From: Candidatus Borrarchaeum weybense
Lineage (GTDB): Archaea; Asgardarchaeota; Sifarchaeia; Borrarchaeales; Borrarchaeaceae
DNA: 64,000 nt
Direction: 5' to 3'
NCBI GenBank assembly: GCA_019057385.1
Contig: JAHQJS010000003.1
Coordinates: 64,001 to 128,000 of the forward strand
The stretch's first letter is position 1. Each line of letters opens with the position of its first letter. The translations under genes were made by a program, and so were the position numbers. Under the pieces are notes generated by a model. That model was not told the DNA's origin. It searched no databases and worked only from the letters and a program-made list of their open reading frames with translations. This document shows, piece after piece, positions 20,029 to 29,173 of the stretch.

Positions 20029-21039
20029 TTAACTGTTCATTAAATTTTTGTCAATAATTCTATCTATCGTCTCATTAACTCCATCCCCAGTGAGTGCGTT
20101 TGTTTCAAAGCATTCGTCATTAATTAGTTCCAGGAGTTCGTCACTCCTGCTTTTGTCTACTAAATCTATCTTGTTCACGACAAGATAAAGTTCCCCAAAA
20201 AGTTCTTTAAGATCCTCATATAAAGAAATTTGCTCCTTCAATGGATATCCACAAGTTTCTGAGGGATCTACAATATACAGAATAACATGAGCCAAGTATT
20301 TTAATGCAGTAATTGCCTGTAATTCTATTGGATTCCTTTTATCGAGTGGACGATCAAGAAGACCAGGGGTATCCACAAGTTGATATATTGAAAGACCTCT
20401 TTGTATATGGCCTATCGTTACAGCTCGCGTGGTGAAGGGATATTCAGCTATTTCTGGTTTTGCCGTAGATGCATGTGCCACAAAACTACTTTTCCCAACA
20501 TTCGGGTATCCCGCAATAACTATCGTAAGTTTTTTAGGATCAACCGATGGCAATTTCCGTAATTTTGGTCTAGCTTCTTGAATTATGTTTAAATTGTTCT
20601 TAATTCTATTAATTATTGAACTTATACGCCCGTATGCCGCTCGACTTAACTTAATAACCTCAGTTAATTCTTTTGCTCTCTTGATTTTGTAGATATAGTT
20701 TTGAATTAGTTTCTTAACCACTCTACGTGTACCATAAATTGAGCCAAGCGCATTTTTGAGTTGATCTCTGCCAACCAGTATATCAGCTAATTCAGAATAA
20801 AATGGATGTACATCATCTATCGAAGGAATCTGTTTTACTATGCGTTTGAGTCGTGAATCTAGAAATCCCTCTATAACTCTTAATTTCTTACTTTCCTTTC
20901 GTTTCGTCCTTATGATGCGTGGCACTTTTCTGGGAATCTTAACTTCAGTACGAGACGCTTTTCGAAATGCTTGATCCAAGAGTTCCTTTGCAGTAGGGAC
21001 GTAGTTAATCTTGGTAAATGGATTTCCGTTATTAGAAAT
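20029..21039 (-). CDS. NOG1-family GTP-binding protein; probable ATT start
   Basis: GYPNVGKS, YPFTT, DTPGLLDR, NKID; conserved N-terminus NPFTKINYVPTAKELLD lies upstream of the tracked start. Confidence 0.9.
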   Translation of the reverse strand: MSNNGNPFTKINYVPTAKELLDQAFRKASRTEVKIPRKVPRIIRTKRKESKKLRVIEGFLDSRLKRIVKQIPSIDDVHPFYSELADILVGRDQLKNALGSIYGTRRVVKKLIQNYIYKIKRAKELTEVIKLSRAAYGRISSIINRIKNNLNIIQEARPKLRKLPSVDPKKLTIVIAGYPNVGKSSFVAHASTAKPEIAEYPFTTRAVTIGHIQRGLSIYQLVDTPGLLDRPLDKRNPIELQAITALKYLAHVILYIVDPSETCGYPLKEQISLYEDLKELFGELYLVVNKIDLVDKSRSDELLELINDECFETNALTGDGVNETIDRIIDKNLMNS

Positions 21040-21078
21040 TTATGACACCTTCTTTGCAGAGTATATAGTTCTAATCAA

Positions 21079-22551
21079 CTATTTTGCAGTAGAAGAAGAA
21101 TCTTCTGTTCTGAACATGCTTTTTAATTGGCTCATTTTTTCCATTGTGAGATTGAATAACTGTTCCGAAATTATAGATTCTTCTTTAGCATATTCAAGTT
21201 TTTCTAAATCGATGACACGTGTAAAATCTTCAGTTCGGATTAAATCGACTTCAAGATCAACGTATCTGATCCGATGAGGTTCTGGATAGAGTCCTGGATA
21301 GATCTCCACTGGAGTATTTATATTGAGATACTCTCCTTTGTAAATTCCATCTCGCGAGAAATATGTCGTTTTTACAAAAAATTCTCCTTCAATTATTTCC
21401 ATAACACCATAATCACCTTCTTCTTTGGGAAGATTAAGACCATCAAATTTTCCTCCAGCCTTAAACATTCGTTTTATGAGTAGTTTTCTTTCATTTGGAT
21501 CGCTTTTTATTACATACCCAGGCGATAGAAAAAGTGTCCTTCCATTAAACTTAACGTGGTCAATACAGACTTCAGAGCCTAATGAAGGAAATGTTTCAGA
21601 AAATACGAAATCTGCAGCCTCGTTAATAATAACATAATGTTCAGGCAATTTGGCAAGAATTCTTTCACCAAAATCAACTAATAATGATAAATCGTAACCC
21701 ATTGCTTTGAGTTGGTGATGGTTTCTAACTGTTGCAACAACTTCGCTTCGAATTTCATCAAGTTTTACTTTGGAAAGACTTGGAAATTCCAAAAAAGTTG
21801 TTGTATTCTCTTCATATACGGCTGCTGGCGCTTTGGTCTTTTCCGCTTTCTTAGATATCATCTGTGCTAATTTTTTTAAGTCCTCGATTTCGGCAATAAG
21901 CACTGTTACATCTTCTGAGGCTGCGGCTGTGCGCCATAAAACTCCCCATGAATCAGGTTTGATGGTTTTCCCCAAAAAGAATAACTCATCTCGTTTTTTC
22001 CCACGAATTTTATGACTTATCCGAACCACATTTTCGGGAATCAAGACAGCATATTTGCCAGCTATTGTTATGTTTGGCTGTACTTCAGATAATCCAGGTC
22101 TAACTTTTTCTACACGTACAAGAAGTTCGTCACCTTCATTGATTTCTTCATTAAAGTTAGTATTATCCAGATGAAGTATGCCGTCTGTTCTCCCTAAATT
22201 TAATATCGCGTAATCTCGCTCCAAATTTACTCTCGTGACAATTCCTTTATAGAAGCCATTTGGACTAACTTTTGTATAAAAAACCGTAAGATCAGGAAGA
22301 AGCGACCGTAAAATTTCAAGCAATTCTTCAATAGTCTCTTCTTTCCCATTGAGTTCTACGCCCTGTCTATTCCGTCTGTCAAAAATATCTATATCGAAAG
22401 GCACACGTAAATCCTCAATTGCTCCCTTGAAACGTTGCAAAATAACAGTTGAAGGATATGTTAGTTTAAATCCATGATCTATGAGGATTTTTGCTAATGC
22501 GGTCGAATATATTCCTCTGAGGCGAACTGTTGTTGCCTTTTTTTCCATCAT
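21079..22551 (-). CDS. FAU-1 / RNase E-G-like RNA-binding protein (S1 + DUF402)
   Basis: VRLRGIYSTAL, WGVLWRTAA, GEYLNINTPVE, YVDLEVD. Confidence 0.88.
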   Translation of the reverse strand: MMEKKATTVRLRGIYSTALAKILIDHGFKLTYPSTVILQRFKGAIEDLRVPFDIDIFDRRNRQGVELNGKEETIEELLEILRSLLPDLTVFYTKVSPNGFYKGIVTRVNLERDYAILNLGRTDGILHLDNTNFNEEINEGDELLVRVEKVRPGLSEVQPNITIAGKYAVLIPENVVRISHKIRGKKRDELFFLGKTIKPDSWGVLWRTAAASEDVTVLIAEIEDLKKLAQMISKKAEKTKAPAAVYEENTTTFLEFPSLSKVKLDEIRSEVVATVRNHHQLKAMGYDLSLLVDFGERILAKLPEHYVIINEAADFVFSETFPSLGSEVCIDHVKFNGRTLFLSPGYVIKSDPNERKLLIKRMFKAGGKFDGLNLPKEEGDYGVMEIIEGEFFVKTTYFSRDGIYKGEYLNINTPVEIYPGLYPEPHRIRYVDLEVDLIRTEDFTRVIDLEKLEYAKEESIISEQLFNLTMEKMSQLKSMFRTEDSSSTAK

Positions 22552-22619
22552 CTCTTCCTCATTATTTATCTAGTCTAAAATGCTATAAAAAGTCAATCCG
22601 CTATCCCATGAGTAAAGAG

Positions 22620-22796
22620 TGGTGCGGGGGATGGGATTTTCGTTCTGGCGGTTTATCGCCAAGGAATTCGAACCCACGCAGGCGATCGCGAAACCTAAGG
22701 CATCTAATGCTTCTCTACGCCACAGGATCCTGAGTCCTGCTCCTTTGGCCAAGTTCCCGTTACTCTCCATCGAGAGGAGACCTCGGACACCCCCGC
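22620..22796 (-). tRNA. tRNA-Leu(CAG) with three non-canonical introns (D-loop, variable arm, T-loop 59/60)
   Basis: GCGGGGG acceptor / CCCCCGC-ACCA; anticodon arm CAGGA-CTCAGGA-TCCTG; three hairpin insertions. Confidence 0.88.
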
Positions 22797-22945
22797 ATTG
22801 AAATTCATCACGATCTGATCGCTTCTTTAAAGACATCTATTTAAAAATATAGGGAAACAGATCTACAAATATCATATGCATCTTAAAACCGTATTAGAGA
22901 TACCTGGTGCCATTTTTTAATTTGTATAGAGGCTATCGAATCTTA

Positions 22946-23470
22946 TTATGATTTCGGGACCTTTAAATCGCTCAGAGACCATTTCTCTTTACGAACATTA
23001 AGTACAATTGAGGTATTTGTACGCTCTATGTCGTGTATAGAAAGAACTTCCTTAATAAACTTATCAAGATCATTTCGAGAACTAAAGCGCGAAATTACTG
23101 CTATGTCATACTCCCCTGTAATATCATATACCGCCATTACTGGATCATGCTGCGCTATCTTTTCCTCCACCTCAACGAGTTTTCCTCCACTAACCCTTAC
23201 AAGGGTTAGCGCAGTAAATTCATAGCCCAATTTCTCATAATCTAAGACAACAGAGTATCCTTTTATGACCCCTTCCTTTTCAAGATTTTTCACACGATTA
23301 TGTACTGTTCCAGCAGCTTTCTTGCGTCCAGTTTTTTCAAGTTCCTCGGCAATTGAACGGTAACTAAGACGTGCATCCTCTTGAAGAAGTTTTATGATAT
23401 CTAAATCTGTCTCATCGATGGTAAATTCACGTTTTTCTTGTTCTTCTTCTTCTTCTTCTTCTTGTGGCAT
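22946..23470 (-). CDS. Lrp/AsnC family transcription regulator
   Basis: IDETDLDIIKLLQEDARLSY...TVHNRVKNLEKEGVIKGY, YDITGEYD. Confidence 0.93.
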   Translation of the reverse strand: MPQEEEEEEEQEKREFTIDETDLDIIKLLQEDARLSYRSIAEELEKTGRKKAAGTVHNRVKNLEKEGVIKGYSVVLDYEKLGYEFTALTLVRVSGGKLVEVEEKIAQHDPVMAVYDITGEYDIAVISRFSSRNDLDKFIKEVLSIHDIERTNTSIVLNVRKEKWSLSDLKVPKS

Positions 23471-23505
23471 TTTTGCACACAGCCTAATTATGTTGCTGTT
23501 TTTGC

Positions 23506-25170
23506 TCACCTTTCAAGATGAGACACACTAACTTGTACGATTTCTTTAAGTAGTTGGTGTAATTTCTTTGTGAGTGTACCTGCATATAATTCTTCTGGGA
23601 TGATAAATAAAAGATATCCTAATTGTTGACATAAAGAAGTCATTTTTTGAGTTATAAAGGAGTTCCACTGAGAGGCATTATTGAAGAGAATGATGATTCT
23701 GTAGTTTGATTTATGAATATTGAGATATTCTTCAAAACTTTCCCAAGCAAACTTAAGGCTTGCTCGATCAATGATTCTTGAAGTTTCATACTGAGAAAGA
23801 GGATATATATTTTCAACTTCACTAGGAACGCATCCAAAAGGAATAACAAAAGTCACCAAATGTAAATAAGGAAAATATTCACTAAAAACTTCTTTTAAAC
23901 TCTCAATTAATCGGATATGTCCAGGAGATGATCGAAATGGTTTTATGTTCGTCTCAGGGAGAATAGTTAGAATTGGAGCGTCTGATGGTGGATGATAGTA
24001 CGTTGTTACATGCTCTTGATGCCTAACTAGATTAGGTCTGGATAATCCTTCTTTTCCATAAAAAAACAAGGCCCTTCTCTTTGAGATAGGATCAAACTTT
24101 TCTAGCCAATCACGGTATTTTTTTAGATGAGAAAAGGCTTGTAAAAACCTGGGATGCATGCGTGCCCTTGCTTCCAGGAGTTCCCAGAGTCGTCCGTCTA
24201 AAATTGCTTGACGTATTGTACGAATTTCTTGGAGAGAAATATACAAATTGTGACTTGCCAAAAGTTCATATCTCAGTTCTGCATTAGTTGCTTTTAACTC
24301 TGAAGGTGTATATTTGATACAAACAGGACATGAACACGGAAATACCTCTAATGAATCCAATAGATAAGTACCACTTGGAGTCATGTAACGGTTTTCTTTT
24401 GCAAACAATGCATAAGCAGCTGAATCAAAAGTATCGCAACCTAAAGCAATAAGCAATGAGAAAAAAAGAGGATGTCCAGCACCAAATAAGTGAAATGGTC
24501 GTTGAATTGGTAAATTCATCTTTGCAGTAGCAATACCTTCAACTAACTTTGTGAAATTATATTGCTCCATAAACGGAGTAACGCTTCCAAGAGCATACAT
24601 ATCAAAAGAGAGATCATACATTGTTTTTGCACAATGCTCAATAAGTTCTGAGTAAGCACCACCTTGAATAGGTCCCACCCAAAGAATATCTTCAACATTT
24701 CTAAGATTCAGACTCTCCTTCGCTCTCTGTAACGTCTGTGCGACATTATATTTAGCTTGTTCATAGGTAAGATCAGGACCGATAGGGAGGTCTAATATAA
24801 CTGCAATGTCAGAATGAATTTTTTCTTGAAAATCAATTACCTCTTCAGGGGTTATTGATACACCACCGTAATGTAGGATCTGAAATGCGCCTGAATCAGT
24901 CATTATAGGACCATTAAAATGGAAAAAAGAGTGAAGATCCGATAGATTCTCACTGCTTCTTGCAATATATTGTTTCAGTAGGTACGCACTTGTAATAATT
25001 ATTTCACAATTAAATTCAGTTTCGAGTATTTTAGGAGAAATCGGCTTTTTTGTCGGAATTAAAACAGGAATTAAAGCAGGAGTATTGACAACGCCATGGC
25101 GGGTGTAAAGCTTGCCAATACGACCTCCAACATCATGTTCTATAACTTCAAAACTCAAAGAAACTTTCAC
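23506..25170 (-). CDS. tgtA: Archaeosine tRNA-guanine(15) transglycosylase
   Basis: GRIGKL, MTDSGAFQ, PIQGG, HLFGAGHP, DTFDSAAY, CSCPVC, HNL. Confidence 0.92.
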   Translation of the reverse strand: MKVSLSFEVIEHDVGGRIGKLYTRHGVVNTPALIPVLIPTKKPISPKILETEFNCEIIITSAYLLKQYIARSSENLSDLHSFFHFNGPIMTDSGAFQILHYGGVSITPEEVIDFQEKIHSDIAVILDLPIGPDLTYEQAKYNVAQTLQRAKESLNLRNVEDILWVGPIQGGAYSELIEHCAKTMYDLSFDMYALGSVTPFMEQYNFTKLVEGIATAKMNLPIQRPFHLFGAGHPLFFSLLIALGCDTFDSAAYALFAKENRYMTPSGTYLLDSLEVFPCSCPVCIKYTPSELKATNAELRYELLASHNLYISLQEIRTIRQAILDGRLWELLEARARMHPRFLQAFSHLKKYRDWLEKFDPISKRRALFFYGKEGLSRPNLVRHQEHVTTYYHPPSDAPILTILPETNIKPFRSSPGHIRLIESLKEVFSEYFPYLHLVTFVIPFGCVPSEVENIYPLSQYETSRIIDRASLKFAWESFEEYLNIHKSNYRIIILFNNASQWNSFITQKMTSLCQQLGYLLFIIPEELYAGTLTKKLHQLLKEIVQVSVSHLER

Positions 25171-25204
25171 ATCGTTTCTTGGTTACTAAGAACTTCATAA
25201 CTGA

Positions 25205-25645
25205 TCAAGATGTTTTTCCGCTGGCTTTTTCTTCCATATATTTATCATAAACCGCGCTAATCCTCTCAGCAAGAGGGCCTTCGCCTTCAACTCCAGCTTC
25301 GGTTACAGTTATTTTGTTGTCTAAAACCGAAATTACTCCTGCTGATTCGTGTAGTTTAACCTGACCAGGTTGTGGAAAAAGTTTCGAGATTTCATCTGCT
25401 AATCCTTTCATATCAAAAGGTTTTTCTACTTCGAAAATGGCGGCGATTTCGTGACCTAGAATAAAAGCACGATGATATTTAATTCCTTCAGAATCATTTG
25501 TATTGATCAGACAAAATGAAAGCGTATTCTGATCAAAACCCTGAAGTTCACCTTCAAAAACTTGCTTTGCGACCGTTACGACTCGCACTTTCTTGTTCAT
25601 AAGGTTCTGAAGTTCGATGAAGAATTTTCGTGTGCTACTTGACAT
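25205..25645 (-). CDS. Lsm/SmAP family RNA-binding protein with C-terminal extension
   Basis: Sm1-like KVRVVT...FEGELQGFD; C-terminal domain ending EGPLAERI. Confidence 0.8.
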   Translation of the reverse strand: MSSSTRKFFIELQNLMNKKVRVVTVAKQVFEGELQGFDQNTLSFCLINTNDSEGIKYHRAFILGHEIAAIFEVEKPFDMKGLADEISKLFPQPGQVKLHESAGVISVLDNKITVTEAGVEGEGPLAERISAVYDKYMEEKASGKTS

Positions 25646-25761
25646 TATACGTTCCTCCCATCTAAAACCCATTAAGAACTAAGGATTTTTAAATTAATCC
25701 CATTAAATTTTTATGACAAAGAAAATTTTTGGATATATCTACGAATTGTAAATGAAAGATT

Positions 25762-26121
25762 GTGAGAAAAATGGTACAAACTATTTTCAGTGTGCAAAGA
25801 ATTGAACCTACTGACCTTGAGGATATTTTTAAGATAAGGTTAACATCCCAAGATGGGAAAATGGAGCTCTCATTTGAAATAATAGAAAATCTATTTGATT
25901 TTAAAGAAAATACTGAGTTGGATATTTATATTGATAAAATACCTCCTAAGAAAGCTGATGCAGCTAATATACTTATGCAAGGAGATGTTTTTAAGGTACA
26001 AAAAAAACAGGACGTAGTTCAGGTTTTTGGCTCACTTGGAGGACTGCAACTTCGTCTTATTCATCCTAAGAGTAAAGAACTATTTCAAGCAACAGACCCT
26101 CTTATTTTAGCAATTTTTTAA
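25762..26121 (+). CDS. RNA polymerase subunit Rpo8 (RpoG/Rpb8 homolog)
   Basis: OB-fold size; LMQGDVFK and GSLGGLQLRL resemble the Rpb8 signature SFGGLLMRL. Confidence 0.75.
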   Translation: MRKMVQTIFSVQRIEPTDLEDIFKIRLTSQDGKMELSFEIIENLFDFKENTELDIYIDKIPPKKADAANILMQGDVFKVQKKQDVVQVFGSLGGLQLRLIHPKSKELFQATDPLILAIF

Positions 26122-26134
26122 TGGAGCTGGAGAT

Positions 26135-26872
26135 ATGTTCAAAATAAAGAAAGCTATAACTAAGCGTGATTTTTTAGATAATATTCTCATAACAGGTTTT
26201 CATGGAATAGGAGAAGTCGGATATATAGCTTCAACTCAACTAATAGAGGCCTTCGAGGGTGAACGTATAGGCATAATTGATAGTGAAACGTTACCATCTT
26301 TTGTTGCAATGGACAAGAATAGATTATCCCTCCCCTTTGAAATATTTAAATTTGATAGGTTTGTGACTATTTTACCCAACTTTCAGCCCAATCCTCAAGA
26401 AATTCATGGATTCTGTAAGGGGATTGTTGAATGGGTAATCTCTAATGAATTTAAGGAAGCATTTCTAATTGGAGGACTTGATAATCGATTCCAAAAAAGT
26501 GACGAAAAACCGTACAGGTGTGTACTCACACAGAAATATGAAGAAAAGGCAAAGAAATTGGACTTACCGATGCTTGAGCGAGGATTGTACGTCACCGGTC
26601 CGCTCGCATTGCTTCTTGCTTACTTTGAGATGGAAGATTTTCCAGCATTAGCTGTACTTCCGTACGGAAAAAGAGATCGTCCAGATCCGCGGGCGGCTTC
26701 AATAGCAGTTGAAGAATTTAGTAAAATCTATAATGTTGAAATAGACATATCAGAATTGCTAAAGGACGCACAAAGAGTAGAAGAAGAACTAGAAGAAATG
26801 CTAAGGCAGCAAAAAGAGAAAATGATGGAAGAAGCTCAGAGTCCAATTGACCGAACCAACTATTACATTTAG
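26135..26872 (+). CDS. PAC2-family proteasome assembly chaperone
   Basis: ITGFHGIGEVGYIA, IGGLD, VTGPLALLL, PDPRAA. Confidence 0.88.
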   Translation: MFKIKKAITKRDFLDNILITGFHGIGEVGYIASTQLIEAFEGERIGIIDSETLPSFVAMDKNRLSLPFEIFKFDRFVTILPNFQPNPQEIHGFCKGIVEWVISNEFKEAFLIGGLDNRFQKSDEKPYRCVLTQKYEEKAKKLDLPMLERGLYVTGPLALLLAYFEMEDFPALAVLPYGKRDRPDPRAASIAVEEFSKIYNVEIDISELLKDAQRVEEELEEMLRQQKEKMMEEAQSPIDRTNYYI

Positions 26873-26997
26873 TATGAATTAAATCTTATCGTTAGTTCTT
26901 TCATCAATATAAGATAACTTAGTTTGATTCTTACCGTTCCTTTCATAATAGACATCTATTACAGCGAATAGTGTCTATCCACCCACGATAAGAACAT

Positions 26998-27268
26998 GAG
27001 TGGAGGGCCCGCTAGGACGGTTAAGCGGGATACCTACCGCCATATAGGGTGCAGGCCTTGCGTGAACGAAACGATGATTTATTATCAGCGTTCCCGCAGA
27101 ATCGACGGCGTACGGGAGTGCTGGGCTGAAGTCCGTGAAGTGGTCCCGGGGCGAATGCTTAAACCTCCGGGTGCCTCATCTTACCATCAATTCTCACTTA
27201 TATACTGGAGGACCTGCTTTATAAACACCACGCCTCACGCGTTCACTGTGGAACCCCTTGCCCGCGAA
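26998..27268. ncRNA. Unidentified GC-rich structured RNA candidate
   Basis: GC-rich island between convergent genes with stems CCCGCT/AGCGGG, CAGCGTTCCCG/CGGGAGTGCTG, CCCGGGG/CTCCGGG and long-range GTGAACG/CGTTCAC. Confidence 0.5.
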
Positions 27269-27304
27269 AGAATCGTCTATATTTGTCTATAAAATAAATA
27301 ACTG

Positions 27305-27595
27305 TTAATCACCCTCTTGTAACTTTTGTTTGATCACAAAAACTCGTATTTTTTCCTCTGCAATTATAAGTGTATCATTGATGGATTTAATTACAGAATG
27401 AGGAATTAAAATTGTTCCTTTCTCATCGCGCGGAAATTTTTCAATATCTGGATGTTTAGTAGGCTTCACACACACCGCTAATAGGTGGCCATCTCGCGAA
27501 TTAATTATGAAATCAACTACCTTTCCCATAGCAGAACCTTTTTCATCAGTTACAGAAATACCAACTAAGTCCCGGATATCGATGATTTCCGACAT
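27305..27595 (-). CDS. PRC-barrel domain protein
   Basis: DLVGISVTDEKGSAMGKVVDFII...ILIPHSVIKSINDTLII. Confidence 0.85.
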   Translation of the reverse strand: MSEIIDIRDLVGISVTDEKGSAMGKVVDFIINSRDGHLLAVCVKPTKHPDIEKFPRDEKGTILIPHSVIKSINDTLIIAEEKIRVFVIKQKLQEGD

Positions 27596-27912
27596 TTTTC
27601 ATCCCATCAGACCTTGCATGAGTCGGTCTATGTTAAATCAATATTTTTTGCTATTAATATCATCTGCTTCGAGTTATAAATTAGTCAAGTCATATTGACA
27701 GAACCTTTTCAAAAAGCAAAAATGAGAGTAGAATTGGAAAATTCAAAATTCGATTCAATAAATCTCGAATGAAAAGTGAAAACTAAAGAACGCTGTGCAA
27801 TTATCTTCGTTTAAATCATACAAAAGTCTATCATAATGCAGGAAATAGGAGGGAATAATCCCTCCTTATCTAATATTTACAGGAATGCCGATTAAGTCGC
27901 GGATATTTTTTT

Positions 27913-28000
27913 GACATTTTTCGTCCCCTGCGAGTCATTCATTCCCAACAAGTGAGGCGTCGGACCTCTAATTTGGTTCAGTCTCATGCACAAGAACGTG
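27913..28000 (-). ncRNA. Conserved structured RNA scaffold, copy 2 (full unit ~27847-28023)
   Basis: Reverse complement CACGTTCTTGTGCATGAGACTGAACCAAATTAGAGGTCCGACGCCTCACTTGTTGGGAATGAATGACTCGCAGGGGACGAAAAATGTC. Confidence 0.75.
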
Positions 28001-28091
28001 TCCCCCGTGATATACGAAGAACATTCCGCCTTGTAACTCATTAAACCTCTTGAAAAGAGTCTATATAAACACCGCGATTCAAAACAAAGAT

Positions 28092-28919
28092 TCATTCTTG
28101 CCATGTATACAAACCACTCTTCAAGTCATCAAGATAGAGATTTACCATAAGGAGTAGGTGATTTTTTAAAGATGAAAAGCCAAATTTTAGCGCTTCGCTG
28201 ATCTTATCAAACGCTTGACATTTTCGAATATAAGTATAAAGAGCATAAGGGGAATATTGACGCCTTTCTATCTCTATTTTTAATACATCGAAATCAATTT
28301 TTTCTAATTCTGTCACACGATAACGAGAGGACGCTGACCATCTAAATTTTCGAGAAATCATTGCAGATAGTCGGTCATAATGTTGTAATAAATAAAGCCA
28401 AAGAAAATCTTTTTCATCTATATCATAATTGTGATGATTCTTTGCAAGTTTGAAGACATCTTCGTCAGCTATATCAACATCAGTATAAATTTTACTTGGA
28501 TGTCGATCAGTGCCTACAAAATCATGCAGGAGCATTGCTATAATTAACTTTTCCTGCATATCTGAGAGTTTAGGAAGTTTCTTACGAATCTTAATTCTTC
28601 TTGTAGTATAGAGAGGCTTTTTCTTGAGTTTTTTGAGAGAAGTCCAAAAGATTCGTCCCATCCCCTCACATGTATAACTTCCAACACTATCAATAGCAAG
28701 TGCTTCTTCAAGTTTATGTTCTGAAACGATAAACTCAATATTACCAAACCACGCCCTAAAGGTCATTGGCGCACGTCTTTGTCCTACCGTTAATTTTCCG
28801 AATACCCTGGGACGACCTTTTATGGTCATCGCTCCAACGTCGGTAACTCCAAAATGTCTACGCTTTGAAACAATAGGAGTTTTTGTATAACCAATTAATT
28901 TAAAGTATTTCTGTGGCAT
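28092..28919 (-). CDS. Cas5-like RAMP fused to HD nuclease domain
   Basis: N-terminal FKLIGYTKTPI strand and G-loop VGSYTCEGMGRI; C-terminal LLHDF...NHH...YDRLSA HD motifs as in Cas10/Cas3 HD domains. Confidence 0.68.
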   Translation of the reverse strand: MPQKYFKLIGYTKTPIVSKRRHFGVTDVGAMTIKGRPRVFGKLTVGQRRAPMTFRAWFGNIEFIVSEHKLEEALAIDSVGSYTCEGMGRIFWTSLKKLKKKPLYTTRRIKIRKKLPKLSDMQEKLIIAMLLHDFVGTDRHPSKIYTDVDIADEDVFKLAKNHHNYDIDEKDFLWLYLLQHYDRLSAMISRKFRWSASSRYRVTELEKIDFDVLKIEIERRQYSPYALYTYIRKCQAFDKISEALKFGFSSLKNHLLLMVNLYLDDLKSGLYTWQE

Positions 28920-29024
28920 TTTATTCCCTCTTATAAGATTTTACCTCCTCTTTGAACAAAAGAGAGGAGATATAAACCTTGCCAAAGTAAACACGTTTGC
29001 AACTGTTGTTTGTAAAGTGGGTAT

Positions 29025-29111
29025 GACATTTTTCGTTCCTTGCGAGTCATCCGTCCCCAACAATTGAGGCGTCGGACCTCTAAGCTGGTTCAGTCTCATG
29101 CACAAGAACGT
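29025..29111 (-). ncRNA. Conserved structured RNA scaffold, copy 3 (full unit ~28945-29134)
   Basis: Reverse complement ACGTTCTTGTGCATGAGACTGAACCAGCTTAGAGGTCCGACGCCTCAATTGTTGGGGACGGATGACTCGCAAGGAACGAAAAATGTC. Confidence 0.75.
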
Positions 29112-29173
29112 ATCACTCACATCAGTAAGTGATAAACCGTAATGAGATGAGAAAAAAAGTTGAAATAAATGTG

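Noticed and set aside
22530-22836. ORFs overlapping tRNA genes (also 34748..35040, 45538..45723, 50614..50814)
   Set aside because: Spurious frames across intron-containing tRNA genes.
26996-27292. 98-aa ORF in the GC-rich island
   Set aside because: No protein-like features; composition and stems fit a structured RNA better.
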